From NCBI GenBank assembly GCA_036567845.1, contig DATCTT010000376.1, positions 1 through 53,401 on the forward strand: DNA of 53,401 nucleotides. The letters run 5' to 3'. This DNA is from Candidatus Ozemobacteraceae bacterium. Lineage in GTDB: Bacteria > Muiribacteriota > Ozemobacteria > Ozemobacterales > Ozemobacteraceae. Below, piece by piece: positions 8,202 to 15,500 of this stretch. Both the position numbers and the translations under genes were made by a program. The notes below the pieces were generated by a model. The model saw nothing but the letters and a program-made list of their open reading frames with translations. It ran no database searches and had not been told where the DNA came from. Each line of letters opens with the position of its first letter. Within the stretch, counting starts at the first letter, position 1.

Positions 8202-9193
8202 GAATAACTCCCATTTGGGGATTCGGCATCACGGGGGCGCCGGGTCTGAATGATCATGCGACTTAAGGCCGCAACGGGTTGCTGAAACAGCATTGCCACG
8301 AGAACGGGCACAAGCGTGAGAGGTGGGAAATAATCGAGAGCAATGACGAGTCCGGCACTCAGATTCCGGATGCCAACCGAATAGAGGATCGCGTGTTCCT
8401 GTTTCCGATCATACTTCAGACACCTCGGTGCAAACGAACCGGCCATGAAGCCGAACAAGACAACGACCATGATCATGAGCAGCAGGAAGCCCCGATGGAC
8501 CGTCAAGCTGAGGATCGCATGACGGGAAGTGGCAAGATTGATTGCGACAACCGTGCCGATCGACAGGGTCGAAAAGGGGCCGAGAAACGGCTTCACACGT
8601 TGGTACAGCGTTCCTCCCGACAGGTCGTTCAAGGTAATGCCAACGACCGAGGGCAACACGACCATCAGCAACAGGTCCGTGACGATGCCCTGGACGTCGA
8701 GTGAAACGCTGCGGCCGAGAAACAGCAGAATGACGGCCGGCACGATCAGCGGGCTCAAAAGGGTGTCAACGGTAATGGCGGTGAGCGAGAGCGCCACATC
8801 ACCCCCAACAATCCCGGTCCAGATCGCCGATGTCACCCCGATCGGGATCGCCCCGCACAGGACAAATCCGGCGATCAATTCAGGGTGATCGGCATAGACC
8901 AGGTTGCCCACCCCCCAGCCGAACAGCGTCACGCAGCCATGAAGCAGGATGAGCACGAGCAGGATCGGCCCTGGGTGGGTCGAAAGCCGTATGAACTCAC
9001 GCCAGCTGCACCGGAGCGAGGTATACCACGTCATGAAGGCGAACAGGTAGGGCACAAGCGTCCGCGCGCCTGCAAGTCCTACGGCGGGGCCGAGCAACCA
9101 TCCGGCAAGCATGAAAAGAAGAATGAAAAAGAACAACCAGCGTTCGATCAGGAGATTGAACTTCTCTCCCAGCCGCCTCAGGGTATCGATCAT
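8198..9193 (-). CDS. Bile acid:sodium symporter (BASS/SBF) family membrane transporter.
   Basis: About 10 TM helices and a composition typical of the SBF family. A 4-bp ATGA overlap with the upstream PEP-binding protein gene. The start was chosen at the internal ATG (MIDTLRRL); an upstream GTG at 9256 is the alternative. Confidence 0.5.
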   Translation of the reverse strand: MIDTLRRLGEKFNLLIERWLFFFILLFMLAGWLLGPAVGLAGARTLVPYLFAFMTWYTSLRCSWREFIRLSTHPGPILLVLILLHGCVTLFGWGVGNLVYADHPELIAGFVLCGAIPIGVTSAIWTGIVGGDVALSLTAITVDTLLSPLIVPAVILLFLGRSVSLDVQGIVTDLLLMVVLPSVVGITLNDLSGGTLYQRVKPFLGPFSTLSIGTVVAINLATSRHAILSLTVHRGFLLLMIMVVVLFGFMAGSFAPRCLKYDRKQEHAILYSVGIRNLSAGLVIALDYFPPLTLVPVLVAMLFQQPVAALSRMIIQTRRPRDAESPNGSYS

Positions 9194-9337
9194 GTCTGGT
9201 TCTGTGACTCCATGTGGAGGTGAGCGGGCACCGCAGTGTTCCGTTTCGTGAAGCACACATGGTATCTCACTCCGACCCCGAGTTCCAGTGGTTCAGACCA
9301 AAATCCACCCGGTGTTTCATTGGACGGGAGCAGGGAA

Positions 9338-10003
9338 ATGCGGTATAGTCATCCCATCCCGACGCACCAGGGGGCGTGTTCATTGGACTGGTTCATTGTT
9401 CTCGAGCCTTACTTCGCCCACGGTTCCTATCTTGCCGTGTTTCTCGTGTTGGTTCTTTGTGGCATAGGATTGCCAGTCCCTGAGGAAATCACATTCATCA
9501 CGGCGGGGTATGTTGTCAGCACGACCGGTGGCGATCTCGGCATCATGATCGGAACCAGTCTCCTGGGCCTCATGATCGGCGACTCCCTCATCTACTATTT
9601 CGGCAGCCACTATGGTGAATCGATTCTGTGCCACTGGCCATTTCGCGTGCTTTTTTCGCGGAAGGTTCTGGCGCGGTCGCGGGTGTTTTTCGACTCGTAT
9701 GGTTCGCGCGCCGTCTTCTTCGCCGGATTTTTTGCGGGAATCAGAGCTGGAACCTATTTTTTGACGGGTTCTATGAAGTTCAGCTACTGGAAATTCCTGT
9801 TCTGGGACTTCTCCCGTGCAGTTCTCACGTGCCCGATCTCCATCTGGGCGGGCTTCAAATTCGGCCCCTACGCCGATCAGTGGCTGGGCGCGAACGTGCG
9901 ATACCTGCTCGCCGGGATCCTCGTGATCGGCATCATTCTGCTTCTGCACAACATCCTCAATGCCTCCCCTGCCCCCGGTACTGCCGAGAAACCCCGGGAG
10001 TGA
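9338..10003 (+). CDS. DedA / SNARE-associated (VTT-domain) family membrane protein.
   Basis: LDWFIVLEPYFAHGSYLAVFLVLVLCGIGLPVPEE..FITAGY is the characteristic DedA N-terminal motif. ATG at 9338. Confidence 0.65.
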   Translation: MRYSHPIPTHQGACSLDWFIVLEPYFAHGSYLAVFLVLVLCGIGLPVPEEITFITAGYVVSTTGGDLGIMIGTSLLGLMIGDSLIYYFGSHYGESILCHWPFRVLFSRKVLARSRVFFDSYGSRAVFFAGFFAGIRAGTYFLTGSMKFSYWKFLFWDFSRAVLTCPISIWAGFKFGPYADQWLGANVRYLLAGILVIGIILLLHNILNASPAPGTAEKPRE

Positions 10004-10009
10004 AGCCCC

Positions 10010-10594
10010 TCATTTCGTAAACCGGGTGTCGGGAAACGCGAGCACATAGCCGCAAATCACAACTCGGCCGCTTTCGAGGATCAGACTGATTGTCGCCACA
10101 TCCGTTTTTCCGGTGGTGACCTGGTAGTCGTTGATTTTTCCGGTCGCGTTCGAAGCGCCCCCGAGGTTGAAACCGCCCACCGGCGCTCCGTCGAGTTCGA
10201 ACCGCACCCGTCCCGGATTCTGATACAACTCGTAGTCCCAGAAATCGATAATGGCCCGCGACACCGAGGCAACAAGATCCATCCGGGCCCCAGGAGTATC
10301 GGAGGTGATCATGTAATGCCCGTCATGCGAGTTCACCTTGATCAGCCGCCAATCTCCGGTATACCTGATCGGATAGGCAAGCTCGGCAAACTGGATTTTC
10401 TCGTCGGGCTGGAAAACACCGTTGATGAATCCTCGAGCGTCCAGATCGATCAGGGCGCTTTCGAACCGCGGCGGGGGCGAACCGATCGCCTGGACGGCAA
10501 TGGGATTGTTCTGCTCGGCACCGCATCCGGGCAGCACCAGCATTGTCGTGACCGTCAGCGCCAGACCGGCGAGCAACCGCTCCAGACTGCCCAT
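10010..10594 (-). CDS. Hypothetical lipoprotein. Signal peptide followed by the lipobox L-P-G-C.
   Basis: MGSLERLLAGLALTVTTMLVLPGCG carries the lipobox cysteine. Confidence 0.6.
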   Translation of the reverse strand: MGSLERLLAGLALTVTTMLVLPGCGAEQNNPIAVQAIGSPPPRFESALIDLDARGFINGVFQPDEKIQFAELAYPIRYTGDWRLIKVNSHDGHYMITSDTPGARMDLVASVSRAIIDFWDYELYQNPGRVRFELDGAPVGGFNLGGASNATGKINDYQVTTGKTDVATISLILESGRVVICGYVLAFPDTRFTK

Positions 10595-10670
10595 GGCCAG
10601 ACCTCCCCGTCGATGTCGATACGATCCCCTACTCGGAGTATCGGCATCCGGGTGGTCAGACCGAAGGGGT

Positions 10671-11645
10671 TCAGACCTCTTTTTCGGCGCAACGGACCGT
10701 GAATTTTTCCTCGAATCCGATGGGGTGGTAGCTCAGCTTTGCCGTCCGCAACCCCTCGATCCCGAGATCCGTCTCTCGGTTGATCACGGTCACTTCAGGC
10801 GGAAGGCGGTTCGCAAGAGCCCAGTTCAGATACTGGTACATGCCCTTGACGTGTCTGTCAGCTTTCTCGATGGTGACCACCCAGCAGTTGCGATGAATCG
10901 GGGATGCCAGGGTGAATCCGGCAATGTTTCCCGCTACCCTTACCACCAGGGCTTTTCCGCAGATCTGACTGATGCAAGGGAGCATGCGCCGCACTGCCGC
11001 AGCCTCAATACGGACATTCTCGTCGTCGGCGGGGAAGTGGGCATACCAGTCAACGAGAAACCGCTCGACTTCCGAGGCGCAGCCGGGGGTATACTCCTCG
11101 ACAACGGGCCGAACCTCTTCCTCGAGGCGGTTCACGAAGTTCTTCTTCTGATGGAACCGGCGGCCGGCCAGCTCGGCCAGCTCGCGGCGGTCGTAGAGAT
11201 AATCGAAGTCGCCTCGCTGGGGCTCGATCACCGCCTCGTGAACGGCGCCGGCGATCTCCTCGGCGATCCGTTTCGGCACGAAGCGCAGTTCGCATCGGTC
11301 ACCGGCTGCGCGCATCTGCCCCATCAGGATTTCCAACGCGGGCTTCAGTGGCCCATTTCCCACGGGAGCGAGGAACATGTAGCGACCATCGGGCCCTTCG
11401 ACAGCCAGGAGAATCCGGGATCCGATCCGGCTGATCTGGGGAGGAAGCCGGTGATACCAGCCCATGAGGTTGTAGAGGGCATAATCCGAGGATGAGACAC
11501 CGGATTCGGCGAGGACCTGACGCAGCAGGTGTTTGTGCGAGAATTCCAGCGGCGCTTTTTCCGGGAATTCGGGCAGGAGTTCGAGACCCGTGGCAGGCAG
11601 CGGCGCGGTGGAAGCGGAATCGGCGCAAGGGTGATCAGCGTTCAT
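10671..11645 (-). CDS. DUF2156-like protein (fold of the C-terminal domain of phosphatidylglycerol lysyltransferase, MprF / FemAB type). Tentative.
   Basis: 324-aa ORF. Its size and the RFHQKKNFVNR region resemble the DUF2156 family. Not verified. Confidence 0.4.
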   Translation of the reverse strand: MNADHPCADSASTAPLPATGLELLPEFPEKAPLEFSHKHLLRQVLAESGVSSSDYALYNLMGWYHRLPPQISRIGSRILLAVEGPDGRYMFLAPVGNGPLKPALEILMGQMRAAGDRCELRFVPKRIAEEIAGAVHEAVIEPQRGDFDYLYDRRELAELAGRRFHQKKNFVNRLEEEVRPVVEEYTPGCASEVERFLVDWYAHFPADDENVRIEAAAVRRMLPCISQICGKALVVRVAGNIAGFTLASPIHRNCWVVTIEKADRHVKGMYQYLNWALANRLPPEVTVINRETDLGIEGLRTAKLSYHPIGFEEKFTVRCAEKEV

Positions 11646-11758
11646 AGAGCGGTCAGTGTATCACAGACGCGGGCGGAACGAAAACAGGGGGACTCTTTCG
11701 AAACACCGTATCCGGGACCGGTTTTCGGTTGTGGGATTCATCACGGCTGGGGTATAGT

Positions 11759-12865
11759 ATGCGCATGGTATTGAACGCGTTCGAGGCAGCCCCGCTGCGA
11801 CATCTCACTCTTCAGAACCGGTTTCTGGTGGCCCCGATGGCAACCCAGTATGCCGACAAGGAGGGCCGGGTCACGGACACCCTCCTCCAGTATTATGGCC
11901 ATCTCGCCCAGACGGGCGCCGGGGCTGTCATCGTGGAGGGAGCGGCGATTTCGCCCTATGGCCGGGGCTGGTCCCGGGAACTGGCCGCCTGGGCGCCAGA
12001 GTTCCGCTCTGGCCTGACGAAGATTGCCGACACGATCCGGAGCCGCGGTGTCGCGGCATTTCTTCAACTTCATCATGCCGGCCGCCAGTCTCTGACCCCG
12101 CGCCCCGGAGAATACGTCGTCGGGCCGTCGGCGGTCTCGTGCCCGGTGCTGAACCACCCCACGCGGGCCCTTTCCGGCGAGGAGATCAAGCGGCTCGTCG
12201 TTTCGTTCACCGACGCGGCTCGGCTGGCAAATGACGCCGGCTTCGACGGGATAGAGCTGCACGGAGCGCACGGCTATCTTCTGCACCAGTTCTGTTCCCC
12301 GCTGACGAACCGGCGCCGGGACGAGTACCGGCTCGAACCGGACGGGATGAGCCGTTTCCCGCTCGATGTCGTCCGCTCGATCCGCACGGCGTTTCCCGAG
12401 CTGATCATCTCGTATCGGATGTCGGCACGCGACTATCTGCCGGGCGGGCTGACCCTGAAACAGTCGGTTCTCATGGCCAAAGCCCTGCAGGGCGCTGGCG
12501 TCGACCTGATCCACGTCTCGGGCGGCATGTATGCCTCGCTCCACGGCCCAGAGGCGCTCGTCGGCCCGTCCACACCGGCCGGCGTGTTCGTCGATGACGC
12601 CCGCGATATCCGGGAAGCCGTCACTATTCCCGTTGCCGTGGTCGGCAAGATCGGCGATCCGGCGCTGGCCGCAAAAATTCTGTCCAATGAGGACGCTCAT
12701 TTCATCGCCCTCGGTCGCGTCCTGCTCCGGGATCCGCACTGGATCAGAAAAGCGAACCGGACGAACCAGGATCCCATCATTCCCTGCCTGTTGTGCCAGA
12801 AATGCCGGTATCACCTCCGCGGCTGCCCCGACGGAAACGGCGAACCTGGTTGGCAGCGTATCTGA
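11759..12865 (+). CDS. NADH:flavin oxidoreductase of the Old Yellow Enzyme family.
   Basis: LQNRFLVAPMATQY..., LHHAGRQS and GFDGIELHGAHGYLLHQFCSPLTNRRRDEYR are OYE motifs. ATG at 11759; the listed 11729 is a TTG. Confidence 0.75.
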   Translation: MRMVLNAFEAAPLRHLTLQNRFLVAPMATQYADKEGRVTDTLLQYYGHLAQTGAGAVIVEGAAISPYGRGWSRELAAWAPEFRSGLTKIADTIRSRGVAAFLQLHHAGRQSLTPRPGEYVVGPSAVSCPVLNHPTRALSGEEIKRLVVSFTDAARLANDAGFDGIELHGAHGYLLHQFCSPLTNRRRDEYRLEPDGMSRFPLDVVRSIRTAFPELIISYRMSARDYLPGGLTLKQSVLMAKALQGAGVDLIHVSGGMYASLHGPEALVGPSTPAGVFVDDARDIREAVTIPVAVVGKIGDPALAAKILSNEDAHFIALGRVLLRDPHWIRKANRTNQDPIIPCLLCQKCRYHLRGCPDGNGEPGWQRI

Positions 12866-12883
12866 CCGATTCAGGAGACGATC

Positions 12884-13888
12884 ATGAAACGCGTGATATC
12901 CATCGTTCTTGCCGTTCTTATGTTTACCGGCGCCGCATCGGCGCAGGGTCTGTTCGACCTGTTCGGCTCGATGGCGGGGGCCGAGGGCGAGAAAAAAGTC
13001 CAGGTCAGTTACGTCGAAGGGGACCGGACCTCGACGGATGAAGTGCTTCTGATCAGCGTGAAAGGTGTCATCCGTGACACCGACGAGGAAGAGAAGATGC
13101 CCTTCGAGATCCGCCAGAACATGCTCGAAAAGCTGAAGAAGGACGTCGAGGCAGCGCTCGAGCGGGAACAGATCAAGGCCGTTCTGCTCGAAATCGACTC
13201 ACCCGGGGGCGAAGTGACGGCGGCCGACGTGATTCATCATCATCTTTCGAAGATCAAGGCGGCGAAAAAGCCGATCGTTGCACTGATCGGCATGATGGGC
13301 GCCTCGGGTGGATATTATATCGCCTGTGCGGCGGACCAGATCTGGGCCCATCCGACCTCGATCGTAGGCAGCATCGGCGTGATCATGCAGGCGGCGAATC
13401 TTGAAAAGCTCGCCCAGCTCGTGGGATACCGGCACATTCCGATCAAATCCGAACGCACTCCGAAAAAGGACATCCTGAGCCCCTTCCGCGAGATGACCGA
13501 GGAGGAGCGGGCCATGCTGCTCTCGATCGTCGACAGCCTCTATGACCGTTTCCTCGAGATCGTCTGTGCAGCTCGCAAGAAAAATCGCGAGGAGATCGCC
13601 AAGCTCGCCGACGGCAGCATTTTCACGGCGACCCAGGCTCTGAAAAACGGGCTGATCGACGGGGTCGGATACCGGGAAGAAGCCTACGCCAAGGCGCTCG
13701 AGCTGGCAGGCCTGAAGAGCGGCAAACTGGTCAAGCGCAAGACGAAGAAGGGGCTGGCCGAGATCCTGTCCGAGCTGGCCGACGCGGGTTCCGGCATGCC
13801 GGGACTCTGGATGCGCTTCCAATCGATGATCGATGCCGACTCGACCCCCTCGCTCGAGTACCGCATGCAGCTCCCGGGAACGCGCTGA
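12884..13888 (+). CDS. sppA: Signal peptide peptidase SppA (36K type, S49 family).
   Basis: Signal peptide plus the S49 motif region (LLEIDSPGGEVTAADVIHHHL...IGMMGASGGYYIACAADQIWAHPTSIVGSIGV). RBS AGGAG. Confidence 0.75.
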   Translation: MKRVISIVLAVLMFTGAASAQGLFDLFGSMAGAEGEKKVQVSYVEGDRTSTDEVLLISVKGVIRDTDEEEKMPFEIRQNMLEKLKKDVEAALEREQIKAVLLEIDSPGGEVTAADVIHHHLSKIKAAKKPIVALIGMMGASGGYYIACAADQIWAHPTSIVGSIGVIMQAANLEKLAQLVGYRHIPIKSERTPKKDILSPFREMTEEERAMLLSIVDSLYDRFLEIVCAARKKNREEIAKLADGSIFTATQALKNGLIDGVGYREEAYAKALELAGLKSGKLVKRKTKKGLAEILSELADAGSGMPGLWMRFQSMIDADSTPSLEYRMQLPGTR

Positions 13889-14158
13889 CCTTTCAATGAG
13901 CTTTTTCCCGGCCCGAGAGGTCATCAGCAGGCACGGATGACACAGGATTTTTCACAGGCCTGTTCAAAGGCGATCTGCGACAACGGCAGATCGCCTTCTT
14001 CGTATCCCCTGGTTTCGGGCACAGAGGCGCATCGCGTTGTGCCTGACGACATGCAGATCTGCGCCATCACCAGCATCTGTGGATCGTCTTCTCCGATCCC
14101 TCGTGGGGTGGTGTCTTGGCGGTGAATTGACCTTCGTTTCCCGCGTCAACTCTGGCTG

Positions 14159-15220
14159 TCAGTAGATCGAGCGGCGGATGTGGCCATGGCCGAAGTCGGG
14201 GATGCGGCCAAGGGCTGAAATCAGGCTCTGAACGCACTTCTGGCATTTTCCGACATCATCATCCTGACAGATCTTGTTCGGATAGATCTGGTAGCTGGGC
14301 CGGTTCATCACCGGAGAGACATTCGGCATGATGACGTTCGCGCCCGCCTTCAGAGCTTTCTGGCGGCCAATGGGATCCACGGTTCCCATCGCGGTGGTAG
14401 CGGGCAGGAAGGCATCCGGCAGATACAGCCGGAGTAGGGCGAGGAACGTCAGGCAGTTCTCGAACAGGCCGGCGGGCTGATTCCCGAGGGGGGTCTGGGG
14501 GTGCGGAATGAAGGGACCGATTCCCACCATTTCGGGCCTGAGCCGTTCGAGATACTCGAGATCGCGGATCAGACCGGGGCCATCCTGCCCGGGCAGGCCA
14601 ATGAGAATGCCGGAACCGACCTGGTAGCCAAGCTCTTTCAGATCCATGAGGGCCTGGTGGCGTTCATGCCATTTCGAGTCGCGATGGAACCGCTCGTACA
14701 ACGTCTGACTGCTCGTTTCGATGCGCAGCAGATACCGATCGGCCCCGGCAGCGCGGAACGCGGCATACTCTTCGCGAGACCATTCCCCAATCGAGAGGGT
14801 GACGGCCATATCGAGTCTGCTCTTGATCGATTCGATGATATGGCAGATGTCTTCGACACGATAGGCGCGATCCTCGCCAGACTGCAGGACCAGAGAGCGG
14901 TATCCCAGGGCGTGGGCGTGGGAGGCCGTTTCGAGCACCTCGTCATGCGTCATGCGATACCGGGAGATTTCCGGGTTATGACAGGAGATACCGCAGTAAT
15001 CGCACTGGCAGCGGCAATAGTTGCTGAATTCAATAATACCGCGTATATAGACATGGTCGCCGACCGTCTCGCGGCGTACGCGATCGGCGGCGGCATAGAG
15101 TTCGGGCCGCGCATCGTCGAAGGCAGGCGAGAACAGGTGGCGGGCGAGGTCGTCGGAAATTCTCTCGCGGTTTACGAGGGCGGCGATCAGTCCGGTGTTG
15201 TCGATGGTGGCGGCTTGCAC
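14159..15220 (-). CDS. hydE: [FeFe]-hydrogenase H-cluster radical-SAM maturase HydE.
   Basis: Collinear similarity to Thermotoga maritima HydE over the whole length. The CxxxCxxC radical-SAM motif (YCRCQCDYCG) is present. Shared blocks include VYIRGIIEFSN, RYRMT, LVLQSGED, AVTLSIGEW..YLLRIET, LKELGY..G.LIGLPGQ, MVGIGPFIPHP.TPL, PATTAMGT and GANVIMPN....YQIYPNKIC. GTG start. Confidence 0.85.
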   Translation of the reverse strand: MQAATIDNTGLIAALVNRERISDDLARHLFSPAFDDARPELYAAADRVRRETVGDHVYIRGIIEFSNYCRCQCDYCGISCHNPEISRYRMTHDEVLETASHAHALGYRSLVLQSGEDRAYRVEDICHIIESIKSRLDMAVTLSIGEWSREEYAAFRAAGADRYLLRIETSSQTLYERFHRDSKWHERHQALMDLKELGYQVGSGILIGLPGQDGPGLIRDLEYLERLRPEMVGIGPFIPHPQTPLGNQPAGLFENCLTFLALLRLYLPDAFLPATTAMGTVDPIGRQKALKAGANVIMPNVSPVMNRPSYQIYPNKICQDDDVGKCQKCVQSLISALGRIPDFGHGHIRRSIY

Positions 15221-15326
15221 GCGGGTGTTCCCTTTCGATGCTTGTCTCGGAAGTTTGTGAAATTATACACATTCCGATCCCGCGTGTCCAGGCACGCCAA
15301 ATCGGGAAATAATTTTTGTCAGAAGA

Positions 15327-15354
15327 TTGCGGTTTTTCGCAGGGCTGTTATAAT
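15327..15354 (+). promoter_or_regulatory. Sigma70-type promoter, TTGCGG-N16-TATAAT with a perfect -10. It drives the SGQ-repeat protein gene through a roughly 145-nt G-rich leader.
   Basis: TATAAT at 15349-15354 with a plausible -35 16 nt upstream. It sits in the divergent region between hydE and the 15501 gene. Confidence 0.45.
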
Positions 15355-15500
15355 TAGTCGCAAGGGGTGAAGGGTACACCCCGGGTTTCACGGTTTTATG
15401 GCCTTTCGGGTAAGGGTTGTAGTTTGTAGGGTTCGTTCAGGGTAAAGGTTGTGGGTAGTCCTCAAGCAGGTATCGGGAATCTATTTTCAGGAGCAGGTTT

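Noticed and set aside
10422-13924. ORFs 10422..11495 (+), 11741..12814 (-) and 13199..13924 (-)
   Set aside because: They are antisense to the DUF2156-like, OYE and SppA genes respectively. The sense genes have family motifs and RBSs, and these do not.
13937-14125. 62-codon Cys-rich ORF between sppA and hydE
   Set aside because: It is tempting as a RiPP-like peptide next to a radical-SAM gene. But hydE is a bona fide HydE, the ORF is on the opposite strand, it lacks an RBS, and it is built over palindromic repeats. It is kept only as a note in the findings.
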